This document shows positions 9,162 through 18,603 of a DNA stretch of 32,000 nt, piece by piece; position 1 is the stretch's first letter; each line of letters begins with the position of its first letter. Position numbers and translations under genes: made by a program. The stretch comes from Moraxella nasovis. GTDB lineage: Bacteria; Pseudomonadota; Gammaproteobacteria; Pseudomonadales; Moraxellaceae. Where the stretch lies: NCBI RefSeq assembly GCF_022701215.1, contig NZ_CP089976.1, forward strand, positions 1,560,001 to 1,592,000, in the 5' to 3' direction. The notes under the pieces were generated by a model, which saw only the letters and a program-made list of their open reading frames with translations, did not search any database and was not told where the DNA came from.

Positions 9162-9494
9162 TTATTTGCCTAAAGCGGTGTATTTATCGAAGTTTTTGAT
9201 GTAGTCATCTAGGTTGTCACGAAGCATTTGTTCGTATTGCTTGGTATAAAATTTAACGATGTCTTCTTTTTCTTTGGCAAAATCACTTGATTTGACAAAG
9301 CCAATGCTCGCAGCTGATACCGCAAATCGAGCCGCTGCATAGGTGAGACTGGCTGCCACTTGACCTGAGTGCGAGTTTGGCGATAGTTGTGAGTTGGCAA
9401 GCATAATCACGCTGTCTGCTCGCTCAAAAAAGGCGTTGGCATCAGCGGGGAGTTTGGCGGTGTTGTTGGTAAGTTGTTCGTTTAAGGTTGTCAT
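9162..9494 (-). CDS. DUF3144 family protein
   Basis: MTTLNEQLTNNTAKLPADANAFFERADSVIMLANSQL...GQVAASLTYAAARFAV resembles the DUF3144 pattern as I recall it. I preferred the ATG at 9494 over the upstream start at 9521. Confidence 0.65.
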   Translation of the reverse strand: MTTLNEQLTNNTAKLPADANAFFERADSVIMLANSQLSPNSHSGQVAASLTYAAARFAVSAASIGFVKSSDFAKEKEDIVKFYTKQYEQMLRDNLDDYIKNFDKYTALGK

Positions 9495-9739
9495 GGTATA
9501 GCTTAATCTAAAAAGCCCCATTATAGCACAAAGATAAATTTAATCATTGACTTGTAGCAATAAAAACTGCGATTTTGATAAATTGCAATTAAAATACAAT
9601 CAATCTTTAAATAACAGTTGTTTAAAAATTGTTTGCCAGCTAATTTTGCTTATATTGGTTAACATCATATCTTTATAGTGATAAAGAGTTATTTTAAAAA
9701 GTGTGGCGTTAAATTGAAATTTTAGGGCTTTTTATGACC

Positions 9740-10519
9740 CTATTCATTAGACATTAGGTCATGTAAGATGCCAGCAAACCCCATAGGATTTTCCCAAGAC
9801 ATAAAATGCCCAGCATTTTTGATAATGGCAATGTTTACGCCGTGAGTCATCAAGGTATGATAATCATCATCAGGCAGACTGTTTTTGCTAAAAATATAGG
9901 TTTTTGGTGCGTCTAATCGGCATAGCAACTCTCGCCACGAAGGTTCAATGCCTTTTACTAAACTCTCAGCATTTTTAAATAAAGCATAAGGGGTATAATT
10001 TTGTAATGAACCTGCCCAAGGCGTGCGGGTATCTCTTAATAACTGCTTATAGCCGTGATTAATAAACTATTCTTCACCTTGGCTGCCAATGTGCTTACTA
10101 AATACACCACCGCCCATATCCAAATTGCATTCAGAAACGATCAATCCTGCTATGTTATTACAATTGTTTGCCACTTCAATGGCAATACTGCCACCCATGC
10201 TATGCCCGTATAAATAAAATGACGGTAATTATAAGTGGCAAACAAGCTCAATCACAACTTTGGCATTATCTGTTGTAGAATAACCAAAATTTAAAGGTTT
10301 ATCGCTAAATCCACCCCTATTAAATTCAGTTAAAATACACCGCCTTTTATCAAAATTAGGCTATGCAACGACCGTAGGGTATTCAAATGAAGACGCACAG
10401 CCAATCATGAATAAATATACAAGGTGCTTTGTCTTTAATATGAGTATTTAAATCAAAGTATCGCAATTTGGCATTTGTCACAGAACTAAAAAATTCATTT
10501 ATGTATTATTTCCAGTCAT
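9740..10519 (-). pseudogene. Alpha/beta-fold hydrolase pseudogene (three in-frame nonsense codons plus at least one frameshift)
   Basis: The minus-strand reading gives ..GCASSFEYPTVVA*PNFDKRRCILTEFNRGGFSDKPLNFGYSTTDNAKVVIELVCHL*LPSFYLYGHSMGGSIAIEVANN...SQGEE*FINHGYKQLL...IIKNAGHFMSWENPMGFAGILHDLMSNE*. The stops are at 10361-10363 (TAG), 10229-10231 (TAA) and 10067-10069 (TAG), all in one frame. The N-terminal part (NEFFSSVTNAKLRYFDLNTHIKDKAPCIFIHD) is in another frame, with the shift near 10400-10410. GHSMGG is the nucleophile elbow. Only the last 62 codons appear in the ORF track. Confidence 0.85.
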
Positions 10520-10526
10520 GAAACGC

Positions 10527-10553
10527 ATAAGGGGCAGTCATCATGCCCCTTAT
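10527..10553 (-). terminator. Hairpin downstream of metK
   Basis: ATAAGGGGCA (10527-10536), 7-nt loop, TGCCCCTTAT (10544-10553): a perfect 10-bp stem 15 nt after the metK stop. The U-tail on the minus strand is weak. Confidence 0.55.
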
Positions 10554-10568
10554 CTTTTGCAAATAACA

Positions 10569-11735
10569 CTACCAATTGGCGTCTGCTTTTAATGCGTCCA
10601 CTTTATCCACTTTTTCCCAAGTAAAGGCATTGTTCGAGCCTGCACGCCCAAAATGTCCATAACTTGCGGTCATCTCATACATGGGTTGTAGTAGGTTTAG
10701 CATGCGAGTAATGCCATAAGGACGCAAATCAAAGTGCGTGCGAATCAAGCGAACGATGTCAGCATCGCTAATTTTACCTGTATTGAAGGTATTAACCGAG
10801 ATAGAAGTCGGCTCTGCCACACCGATGGCGTAGCTAATCTGCACTTCACAGCGATCTGCAATGCCTGCCGCTACGATGTTTTTAGCGACATAACGACCAG
10901 CATAGGCAGCACTTCTATCTACTTTGCTTGGGTCTTTTCCGCTAAATGCACCACCGCCATGACGAGCCATACCGCCATAAGTATCCACGATAATCTTACG
11001 ACCTGTCAGACCTGCATCACCCACAGGACCACCGATGACAAATTTACCTGTTGGGTTGATGTGATAAAGCGTATCTTTATGCAGTAGTTCGCTAGGAATC
11101 ACCTTTTTGATAATCTCTTCAATAACCGCTTCTTTTAGGTCAGTCTGACTAATGTCTGGGTCGTGCTGAGTAGATAGCACCAGTGCGTCAATGGCGATGG
11201 GCTGATGATTGTCATCATAACGCAAGGTAACTTGTGCCTTAGCGTCAGGGCGTAACCAAGTTAAAGTACCGTTTTTGCGAAGTTCGGCTTGACGTTCCAT
11301 AAGACGGTGCGACAGCTGAATGGGTGCTGGCATAAGCACATCGGTTTCGTTCGTAGCATAGCCAAACATGAGACCTTGGTCACCTGCCCCTTGATCTTCT
11401 GGACGTTGTCTGTCTACGCCTTGGGCGATTTCTGGCGACTGCTTGCCAATCATGTTGATGATGGCACAGCTACCGCCATCAAAGCCTAAATCGCTGTGGT
11501 TGTAGCCGATTTTATTGACAGTATCACGCACGATACGTTCTACATCAATGTTAGCGTGAGTGCTAATCTCACCTGCTAGTACCACAGCCCCTGTTTTTAC
11601 AAGGGTTTCGCACGCTACACGAGCGTCCTTATCTTTAGTTAAAATAGCATCAAGCAAAGCATCAGAAATCTGATCTGCCATCTTGTCAGGGTGACCTTCT
11701 GAGACGGATTCTGAGGTAAATAATTGATAATTCAT
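10569..11735 (-). CDS. metK: S-adenosylmethionine synthetase
   Basis: [32 protein letters not shown]..., [33 protein letters not shown] and [19 protein letters not shown] are all canonical MetK blocks. I preferred the ATG at 11735 over the track start at 11762. Confidence 0.97.
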   Translation of the reverse strand: MNYQLFTSESVSEGHPDKMADQISDALLDAILTKDKDARVACETLVKTGAVVLAGEISTHANIDVERIVRDTVNKIGYNHSDLGFDGGSCAIINMIGKQSPEIAQGVDRQRPEDQGAGDQGLMFGYATNETDVLMPAPIQLSHRLMERQAELRKNGTLTWLRPDAKAQVTLRYDDNHQPIAIDALVLSTQHDPDISQTDLKEAVIEEIIKKVIPSELLHKDTLYHINPTGKFVIGGPVGDAGLTGRKIIVDTYGGMARHGGGAFSGKDPSKVDRSAAYAGRYVAKNIVAAGIADRCEVQISYAIGVAEPTSISVNTFNTGKISDADIVRLIRTHFDLRPYGITRMLNLLQPMYEMTASYGHFGRAGSNNAFTWEKVDKVDALKADANW

Positions 11736-12036
11736 GAGTAAATCGCTTGTTAATAGTGGCAATGCAAGCTAACGACAAAAATAGTGTACTTGCAAAAAGT
11801 GAATAATATTTATGGTATAACCAAATTCAAAAGAAAAATGCGTGAATTTTGGTGGCTTTTTTAGGCTTTACAAAATGACATGATGTCAAACACGCACGAA
11901 AGATTTAGGAGGCGTTATAATGTTAAACGCACCTAGATATTTGGGGGAGAATTATAAATTAAAAACGCTTAAAATGCTAATGAATAATTTTCATAATCTC
12001 ATGAAAATCAAGCATGAAGCGACATCACTATATCGG

Positions 12037-13209
12037 TTAGTGGCTTTTTAGTAAGCCAAGTGCGACCATTAAAGCAGTCGCTTGGGCTGCTAAAATTAAT
12101 AACACCGTTCCAAGCCAGCTGCCTTTGGCATACGCAATGGCACACGCCCAAGCACCAATGCTACCACCACCATAGTAGCCCATGTAATATAGCCCACTAG
12201 CTAAACTTCGTCCTTCGCTGACATGACTGCCGATGTAGCTTATCGTGGCTGATTGTGTGATGAACACGCCTGTGGACATAACCACAAGACCTAAAATAAT
12301 AATATAAAGTGGCGTGGCAAGCGTTAATGCCATGCCTGCCATTGAGAATAACACTGCTATGATGATGGCACATTTCATGCCAAATCTTACAGTAATCTTG
12401 CTTGTCAGTGGCGTAATCACCATGCCGATAAGATATAACGAAAAAATATTTGCAAGACCAGACGCACTTAGCTGATAAGGAGCATCTGCTAGATGTAAGT
12501 TAATGAAAGTAAAACAACCGACAAGCGAAAACAGCACACAGCCACCCAAAAGACAAGCACTCATGACGTGGCGGTTTTTGGTGTGAGATAATAAGATGCT
12601 AAAGGCAGAAGTTACATTATGACTGCGAATAAAATGCTGCGAATTTGGCAACAGCTTTAATGCCCAAATCGCCCCAATAAAAGTAAGCAATGCCATGGCC
12701 AAAAAGCCTGCTCGCCAGCCGATTATCTCGTGCAAATGCCCCGCCAAAAACCGCCCGCTAAAACCGCCTAGCACTGTGCCAGAAACGTATAAGCTCATCA
12801 TTTGGGGTAGGTGCTTGGCATATTCTTCTGAGATATAAGCGATGAGTACGACAGTAATGCCAGGAACGAACAGCCCTTGTAAAAACCGCCAAAATGTCAG
12901 TTGTTCTGCATTTTGGCTAAATCCAAGTAAGGCGGTCGGTACAGCAAGTAAAAACAGCGATGAGACGATGAATCTTTTACGCCCAAAGGCGTCTGAAAGC
13001 ATACCCATAAAAGGCGACATTAATGCCACGGCAAAAACCGTCGCTCCAACTGCAAGCCCAATAGCCACTTCGCTTGCGTGTAGCTGTGTCATTAAGATGG
13101 GTAAGATTGCTTGAACAGAATATACTTGTAAAAATGCAAAAAACCCAACCATGGCAATGGTGCATTTTTGGGCAAGTGTGGGGGCTTGGCTGATGATGGG
13201 TTTTGGCAT
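12037..13209 (-). CDS. MFS transporter
   Basis: 390 aa and about 12 TM segments, with the MFS loop 2-3 motif GMLSDAFGRKR. Confidence 0.85.
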   Translation of the reverse strand: MPKPIISQAPTLAQKCTIAMVGFFAFLQVYSVQAILPILMTQLHASEVAIGLAVGATVFAVALMSPFMGMLSDAFGRKRFIVSSLFLLAVPTALLGFSQNAEQLTFWRFLQGLFVPGITVVLIAYISEEYAKHLPQMMSLYVSGTVLGGFSGRFLAGHLHEIIGWRAGFLAMALLTFIGAIWALKLLPNSQHFIRSHNVTSAFSILLSHTKNRHVMSACLLGGCVLFSLVGCFTFINLHLADAPYQLSASGLANIFSLYLIGMVITPLTSKITVRFGMKCAIIIAVLFSMAGMALTLATPLYIIILGLVVMSTGVFITQSATISYIGSHVSEGRSLASGLYYMGYYGGGSIGAWACAIAYAKGSWLGTVLLILAAQATALMVALGLLKSH

Positions 13210-13313
13210 GATGTGGCGTGCGATTTGGTTAAATCTGATATTCTAGCATGAAAAATGACAAGAGACTATCACGACATCTACCTGCTGCAACCGAAATTTT
13301 TTTTATAAATTGC

Positions 13314-13341
13314 TTGCATTTTACCAAAAATGCTCTATAAT
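13314..13341 (+). promoter_or_regulatory. Sigma70-type promoter of the tRNA-Ser pair
   Basis: TTGCAT (13314-13319), 16-bp spacer, TATAAT (13336-13341). An A/T-rich UP-like tract lies upstream, and the first tRNA starts at 13352. Confidence 0.6.
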
Positions 13342-13351
13342 ACCTGCCTAC

Positions 13352-13442
13352 GGAAGCTTGGCAGAGCGGCTGAATGCACCGGTCTTGAAAACCGGCGTGG
13401 GTTTGTAGCCCACCGAGAGTTCGAATCTCTCAGCTTCCGCCA
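13352..13442 (+). tRNA. tRNA-Ser (anticodon UGA), copy 1
   Basis: 91 nt. The acceptor GGAAGCT pairs with AGCTTCC, followed by GCCA. The anticodon arm is CCGGT-CTTGAAA-ACCGG, there is a long variable arm, and the T arm is GAGAG-TTCGAATC-CTCTC. It is near-identical in its core to E. coli serT. Confidence 0.95.
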
Positions 13443-13468
13443 CATATCTTATCGTAATTCCCTTTTTA

Positions 13469-13559
13469 GGAAGCTTGGCAGAGCGGCTGAATGCACCGGT
13501 CTTGAAAACCGGCGTGGGTTTGTAGCCCACCGAGAGTTCGAATCTCTCAGCTTCCGCCA
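13469..13559 (+). tRNA. tRNA-Ser (anticodon UGA), copy 2
   Basis: The 91 nt are identical to copy 1. A 26-nt spacer separates the two copies. Confidence 0.95.
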
Positions 13560-13598
13560 TTATTTATGACGGCACTATTTGGTGCTGCCGTAATCAAG

Positions 13599-13625
13599 AA
13601 CCGTCTATTTATGGGCGGTTTTTTG
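13599..13625 (+). terminator. Rho-independent terminator after the tRNA pair
   Basis: AACCGTC (13599-13605), 8-nt loop, GGCGGTT (13614-13620), then TTTTT. Confidence 0.7.
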
Positions 13626-13692
13626 TGCTTGGTCGTTTGTGAATTCTATAAAAGTAGGCTACAATACGGCTTTCATCTAATAAATCTACCAT

Positions 13693-14805
13693 ATGTCTTT
13701 AATTCGCCGTCGTAAACTCACCAAAAATCAAGCCCGCCAAATCCAAAAGAATCAAGATGCACCGATAGACGAAAGTAGCTTGGCTACAGGCGTTGTGGTG
13801 TCTCACTTTGGCAAGCAGCTTGCCGTGCAGATTACTAAGCTGCCAGAGCAAATGCCTGCATTCCCTAAAACTAACATAAAGATTTTTAAGAACACTGATG
13901 AGAATGCTGATAAGCCGACATCGATTTGTATTGGCGATGTGTGGCGATGTCATGCACGCACCAATTTACCTATGTTAGCAGCAGGTGATGTGGTGAAGAT
14001 TAGCTTTGATACGACGGCAGGGACAGGGCGGATTGAGATGCTTGAGCCAAGACATACGCTCATCACACGCCCAGATCGCTACCATAAAGTCAAGCCTGTG
14101 GCAGCGAACGCTGATGTATTGGTGATTGTTTTTGCACCACTACCTAAGCCTGCTGTGAATCTGATAGACCGCTATTTATTAGTAGCGCGCACATTTGGTG
14201 TAGAGCCGTTACTTGTGCTAAATAAGGCAGATTTATTGGCAGAAGCACCAGAATGCCAAGTCATTTATGATGAATATGAGCAGCTTGCAAAAAAATACGA
14301 TTTTGACATTATTCAAACATCAAGCATAGATGGGCGTAATCTTACCGAACTAAAGACAAGGATTGATGGTAAAATTGCCATATTTGCAGGACAATCAGGC
14401 GTGGGTAAATCTAGCTTAATTAATCAGCTTTTACCATACGCCAAGCAGTCCACGAACGTCATTTCTGAAGGCTCAGGCTTAGGTCAGCATACCACGACCA
14501 CAAGCCGATTGCTTGCTTATGACAGCACTAATCTTAATAAGGGCGGTATTATTGATACGCCGGGTATCCGTGAATATGGCGTCTGGCATTTGTCAGCAGA
14601 TGATGTGCTGGCAGGCTTTGATGAGCTGATGGCGTTAAATGGCGAGTGTCAATTTAGAGACTGTAATCACCATGAGAACGCAAAAGGCTGTGCATTTTGG
14701 CAAGCAGCTAAAGCAGGTCAAGTGTTGCCACGGCGAATTGAAAGCTTAATTGAGATGACTAAAGAAGTGAAAATTGGCACAAGCGTGAAACTTTCAACAA
14801 AATAA
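13693..14805 (+). CDS. rsgA: Ribosome small subunit-dependent GTPase A
   Basis: Circularly permuted GTPase motifs are present (LVLNKADL, then GQSGVGKSSLIN, then DTPGIRE), along with the C-terminal zinc motif CQFRDCNHHENAKGC. Confidence 0.93.
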   Translation: MSLIRRRKLTKNQARQIQKNQDAPIDESSLATGVVVSHFGKQLAVQITKLPEQMPAFPKTNIKIFKNTDENADKPTSICIGDVWRCHARTNLPMLAAGDVVKISFDTTAGTGRIEMLEPRHTLITRPDRYHKVKPVAANADVLVIVFAPLPKPAVNLIDRYLLVARTFGVEPLLVLNKADLLAEAPECQVIYDEYEQLAKKYDFDIIQTSSIDGRNLTELKTRIDGKIAIFAGQSGVGKSSLINQLLPYAKQSTNVISEGSGLGQHTTTTSRLLAYDSTNLNKGGIIDTPGIREYGVWHLSADDVLAGFDELMALNGECQFRDCNHHENAKGCAFWQAAKAGQVLPRRIESLIEMTKEVKIGTSVKLSTK

Positions 14806-14862
14806 CACCCATGCTGATGACAAATTTGGTTATTTTGTTATAATGATAGATTATTTTAAGTT

Positions 14863-15294
14863 TTGGAGATAGCTTTGGAGCGTTGGCTGACATTTATGGG
14901 GAATCACCCTGTACTCTTTGGGATTTTGTTTGTACTGATTATTGCGTTTTTTATGGTTGAAAGTAAACGTAGCGGTAAGAAAGTACCACCAAATGAGCTG
15001 GGTCTATTGGTGAATAATCATCAAGCAAAAATCATAGACATCCGCCCTGCAAATAAGTTTGCCACAGGGCATATCTCTGGCAGTCGTAACATTGCATTTA
15101 CTGCCATTAAAGACCATCTAGAAGAACTTCGTGCTATCAAAGAGCCGCTGATTATCGTCTGTGATATGGGTGTGCAGGCAGGTGCTGCAGTGGCAATGAT
15201 AGGAACGCCTAATGCCATGCGACTTGAAGGCGGTATCAATGGCTATCAAGCAGCGGGTTTACCATTAGTTGGCATAACAAAAACCAAAAAATAA
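14863..15294 (+). CDS. Rhodanese-like domain protein, membrane-anchored (YibN-like)
   Basis: There is an N-terminal TM helix and a rhodanese fold (IIDIRPANKFATGHISGSRNI...IIVCDMGVQAG). Its position upstream of grxC-secB matches E. coli yibN-grxC-secB. The start is uncertain: TTG at 14863, TTG at 14875 or ATG at 14896. Confidence 0.8.
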   Translation: MEIALERWLTFMGNHPVLFGILFVLIIAFFMVESKRSGKKVPPNELGLLVNNHQAKIIDIRPANKFATGHISGSRNIAFTAIKDHLEELRAIKEPLIIVCDMGVQAGAAVAMIGTPNAMRLEGGINGYQAAGLPLVGITKTKK

Positions 15295-15384
15295 GCAAAT
15301 GAGTATGGTGATTGGCAATTTTTAAGTGACTTGAAATTAACAAAATTGCCCTTATAAATGTACCAATACACATCGGAGAAAGAC

Positions 15385-15645
15385 ATGCAACCTGTTACAT
15401 TATATATCAAAGAAACTTGCCCATACTGCATCGCAGCAAAACAGCTACTTGATGCAAAAGGCGTAAATTATACCGCTCACAGCGTGTTTGACCTAACCGA
15501 ACAAGAGCGTGCAGAAGTCGCCAAAAAAACCAACAATTACCGTACTGTACCACAGATTTTTATTGGTGAGCAGTTTATCGGCGGTTTTGATGATATGCGT
15601 AAACTTGATAGCAAGGGCGAGTTAGACCGCCTACTAAACGCTTAA
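15385..15645 (+). CDS. grxC: Glutaredoxin 3
   Basis: MQPVTLYIKETCPYCIAAKQLL...RTVPQIFIGEQFIGGFDDM, with a CPYC active site. I preferred the ATG at 15385, which has a GGAGAAAG Shine-Dalgarno. Confidence 0.93.
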   Translation: MQPVTLYIKETCPYCIAAKQLLDAKGVNYTAHSVFDLTEQERAEVAKKTNNYRTVPQIFIGEQFIGGFDDMRKLDSKGELDRLLNA

Positions 15646-15676
15646 TAATATTTATATTTAACTTAGGAGAATAATC

Positions 15677-16132
15677 ATGGCAGAACAACAAAGCCCACAA
15701 CTTGGTCTTGAGCGTATTTATGTAAAAGACATCTCTTTTGAGGTGCCAAGTGCGGAAGTTTTCACAAAAGAATGGCAACCACAGCTTGATGTAAGCGTCA
15801 CCACCACAAGCAATGAGCTTGATGAGGATCATAAAGAAATCGTGTTGTCAGTTAGTGTTACTGCCAAAAACAGCGGTAGTACAGCTTTTATCGCAGAAGT
15901 TCAACAAGCAGGCATTTTCTTATTGCGTAATATTCCAGAAGCGGACTTGCCACACTTACTACAAGCCTACTGCCCAAATGTGCTATTCCCTTATGCTCGT
16001 GAAGTAATCAGCGACATCGTAAACCGCGGTAGTTTCCCACAGCTGCTACTTGCTCCTGTAAACTTCGACCAAGCATTCCTACAAGCTCAAGCTGAGTTAC
16101 AAAACGAAGAGTCTAAGCAAGCAGACGCTTAA
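15677..16132 (+). CDS. secB: Protein-export chaperone SecB
   Basis: 151 aa. The [14 protein letters not shown]...AGIFLLRNI...[37 protein letters not shown] blocks are collinear with SecB. An AGGAGA Shine-Dalgarno is present. Confidence 0.95.
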   Translation: MAEQQSPQLGLERIYVKDISFEVPSAEVFTKEWQPQLDVSVTTTSNELDEDHKEIVLSVSVTAKNSGSTAFIAEVQQAGIFLLRNIPEADLPHLLQAYCPNVLFPYAREVISDIVNRGSFPQLLLAPVNFDQAFLQAQAELQNEESKQADA

Positions 16133-16165
16133 ATCTTTGTAATTGTATAAATTTGTAGTTTTATA

Positions 16166-16197
16166 AAAAAGCAGCGATTGATTCGCTGTTTTTTTTA
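16166..16197. terminator. Bidirectional Rho-independent terminator (secB / DUF218 gene)
   Basis: AAAAAA, CAGCGA (16172-16177), loop TTGAT, TCGCTG (16183-16188), then a T9 run. It lies between convergent 3' ends. Confidence 0.8.
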
Positions 16198-16235
16198 TTT
16201 GTTTTATTTGGTCTGGCCTGTTATTGATGGCATTA

Positions 16236-16964
16236 TTAGAAAGTCTTAAGCACTCGCCTTGGCGTGTTGATTTGTTGTATTGTGATTTCATCAGCACGGC
16301 GACAGTTGTCTTGGGGTTTTGTGATATCACGGATTAATGCCACCACTTCATAAATAGCCCGTCTAGAGTGAATAAGATTAGCCTTAGGGTCAAGCCATGT
16401 GATCGGCTTAGATAGTGGTGCGTTATAAGCTAAGGTCTGTACACCGACCTTGGCAAACTGACGTCTTGCTCGTGCCATATGATAGCGATCGGTTACTAAA
16501 TATATAATTTTTGGTAAATGGTGGTGGGTGAGTAGTTCGTTGGTAAAGATGGCATTTTCACAGGTATTCATGCTAGCATTATCGCTGATGATATGAACAA
16601 AGGAGCGGCTTTGGCTTTGTAGATAGTCCACAAGCCAAGGCGACTCTACACCACTGGTGATGATAATCGGCTTTGTTGGCGTGTTATTGTATAAGTTAAG
16701 TGTGCTGTCTGCTCGGCTTTGGCTAAAGTGATTTAGCTCAATGATGGTGCGATGATGATCGTTATCATATACTGTGTATTTTGACAGACCGCCGCCAAGC
16801 ACGACAATTATCGATGGCTCAGTGCTGGGTTTTTCTAGGCTTAGGCTTGAGAATGCAGACAGTCCAAATGCCACCACATGTGAAAACAAAGGCGTAAACA
16901 CCGAAAAGGCGATTATTATCATGCCAAAAGCTAGCTTTAGCAATCTAAAAAACCACTTAAGCAT
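16236..16964 (-). CDS. DUF218 (YdcF/ElyC family) membrane-anchored protein
   Basis: N-terminal TM helices are followed by VVLGGGL...IITSG...MNTCENA...IIYLVTDRYHMARARRQF, the DUF218 pattern. I chose the ATG at 16964 (MLKWFF...), which overlaps the murB stop by 8 nt (ATGCTTAA). The longer track ORF to 17066 would run 110 nt into murB. Confidence 0.8.
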   Translation of the reverse strand: MLKWFFRLLKLAFGMIIIAFSVFTPLFSHVVAFGLSAFSSLSLEKPSTEPSIIVVLGGGLSKYTVYDNDHHRTIIELNHFSQSRADSTLNLYNNTPTKPIIITSGVESPWLVDYLQSQSRSFVHIISDNASMNTCENAIFTNELLTHHHLPKIIYLVTDRYHMARARRQFAKVGVQTLAYNAPLSKPITWLDPKANLIHSRRAIYEVVALIRDITKPQDNCRRADEITIQQINTPRRVLKTF

Positions 16965-18012
16965 GATATCCTTGCTCATCAATCCAGACAGGCTCACGCA
17001 CAAGCTGCACGCCAAATTTATCATGCACGGTATCGATGATAAAGTCTTGGGATTTTTGAATATCATTGGCAGTAGCGATGTGCGGTGTGTGGTTGGTCAA
17101 CACTAAGGCTTGGAGTCTATGCGTAAGGATAGGAAATATGCCACCGCCTTTAAGTCCTGCCATATCAATAAGCCAACCTGCAGGGATTTTTACGTTATTA
17201 TCATCAATAAGATAGCTTGGCAAGCTAGCGTGCTGTGTTTTTAGGCTGGTAAATTGCGCCATGCTGATGATGGGGTTTTGGAAAAAGCTACCACAATTTG
17301 CTAAAACTTTCGGGTCGGGCAGCTTGCTTTGGCGAATGGCGATAACAGCGTTAAATACGTCTTTTGGGTGTATGGTTTTGCGATTGTCTTGATGGGCAAG
17401 CTTTAGTGATAACGCCGCTAAATCCCCATAGTTAGATTGCACATGGTCGCTGGACGTATGTAGCTTAAAAATAACTTCACTGATTAAGTAGCGATTTGGA
17501 TTATCCTTAAATAAACTGTGGCGATAAGTAAATTGGCATTTGGCATTTTTAAACTCACACTGAGTGCCAGTCGTCAAGTCATATGCGATTACTTTTTCAA
17601 TAAAATCGGACACTTGGACGCCATAAGCACCGATATTTTGTACAGGACACGCCCCAACAAGTCCAGGAATTAAGGCTAAGTTTTCTAGTCCGTACCAACC
17701 ATTATCTAAGCATGTCTGTACAAATTCATGCCAATTTTCACCTGCTTTAGCACTGATAAGAACGTGCGTGTCACTTTTGGATATCGTGTGAATGCCGTTA
17801 AATCTTGGTAGTAATACGCACGCTTTTAGTTTGTTTGGCAAAATCACATTACTACCGCCTGATAGCACAAGTAAAGGCAAGCTGTTAAGCTTTGCATATG
17901 TGATGGCAGGCGTGATGTCTGCTGTATCAAAAAGCTCAATGGCGGTGTGTGCTGTGCAAGTAAGTGCCATGGTGTTAGCATGCGACAAGTCGTAATCGTG
18001 GTGCAGTTTCAT
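16957..18012 (-). CDS. murB: UDP-N-acetylenolpyruvoylglucosamine reductase
   Basis: A FAD-binding PCMH-type N-domain (LVLSGGSNVIL) is present, with MurB blocks GLENLALIPGLVGACPVQNIGAYG and NCGSFFQNP. The ATG at 18012 forms an ATGA overlap with the upstream PTP stop. Confidence 0.93.
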   Translation of the reverse strand: MKLHHDYDLSHANTMALTCTAHTAIELFDTADITPAITYAKLNSLPLLVLSGGSNVILPNKLKACVLLPRFNGIHTISKSDTHVLISAKAGENWHEFVQTCLDNGWYGLENLALIPGLVGACPVQNIGAYGVQVSDFIEKVIAYDLTTGTQCEFKNAKCQFTYRHSLFKDNPNRYLISEVIFKLHTSSDHVQSNYGDLAALSLKLAHQDNRKTIHPKDVFNAVIAIRQSKLPDPKVLANCGSFFQNPIISMAQFTSLKTQHASLPSYLIDDNNVKIPAGWLIDMAGLKGGGIFPILTHRLQALVLTNHTPHIATANDIQKSQDFIIDTVHDKFGVQLVREPVWIDEQGYHA

Positions 18013-18470
18013 GAGTAAGATTGCCAAAGTTTTAGCCAATTATCGGTGACTTTTATGATATGGTCAAACATTTTTACAAAATCATTTTTATCGCCATAAT
18101 AGGGGTCGGCAATTTGACCGCTTGGATCAAAAGATAACAACTTAGCAGTGGGCTGCACTACGGCTGCTTGCAGTTTTTGTAAATTAGCAAGATTGCTATC
18201 ATCCATCGCAAAAATTATATCAAATTGATGAAAATCATCTGGTTTAACTTGTCTTGCTTGCAAATTTTCAAGTTGGTAGCCAAGCTGCTTACCCACAGCG
18301 ATAGCCCTAGAATCTGGCTGTTCGCCAATGTGATAGTCTGCTGTGCCTGCTGAATCTATCGTGATGTCTAGACCTGCTTGTTTACACTTAGCACGCATGA
18401 CGCCTTCAGCGGACGGACTTCGGCAGATGTTACCAAGGCAGACAAATAGTATGGATTTTGGAGTAATCAT
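18009..18470 (-). CDS. Low-molecular-weight protein-tyrosine phosphatase family protein
   Basis: MITPKSILFVCLGNICRSPSAEG carries the CX5R(S) P-loop, and a downstream DPYYG Asp loop is present. Confidence 0.9.
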   Translation of the reverse strand: MITPKSILFVCLGNICRSPSAEGVMRAKCKQAGLDITIDSAGTADYHIGEQPDSRAIAVGKQLGYQLENLQARQVKPDDFHQFDIIFAMDDSNLANLQKLQAAVVQPTAKLLSFDPSGQIADPYYGDKNDFVKMFDHIIKVTDNWLKLWQSYS

Positions 18471-18603
18471 TTGGTTATCCTAATTTGTTGGTTTGGATTA
18501 TTAAAGTAAGTATGTATAAAGATTTTACCATCGGTGTTGGTTAAGCATGTGTATGGGACACTGCTGATTTGCCTTGCCATACCATGCCACACCATAGATA
18601 AAT

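Noticed and set aside
9723-9742. Small hairpin TAGGG/CCCTA at the 3' end of the hydrolase pseudogene, and other 5-7 bp AT-rich stems in 9522-9739 and 11987-12010, considered as terminators.
   Set aside because: The stems are short and AT-rich with poor U-tails, so they are indistinguishable from chance in AT-rich intergenic DNA.
11736-12036. SAM riboswitch or MetJ boxes upstream of metK.
   Set aside because: I could not recognise conserved SAM-I/II/V cores or tandem AGACGTCT-like boxes by eye. Only a single palindrome was found, and it is reported separately with low interest. A covariance-model search would be needed to be definitive.
13330-13569. 79-aa and 70-aa ORFs (13330-13569 plus strand, 13348-13560 minus strand) with internally repeated peptide sequence.
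   Set aside because: They are translations of the two identical tRNA-Ser genes. The repeat in the peptide simply mirrors the tRNA duplication.
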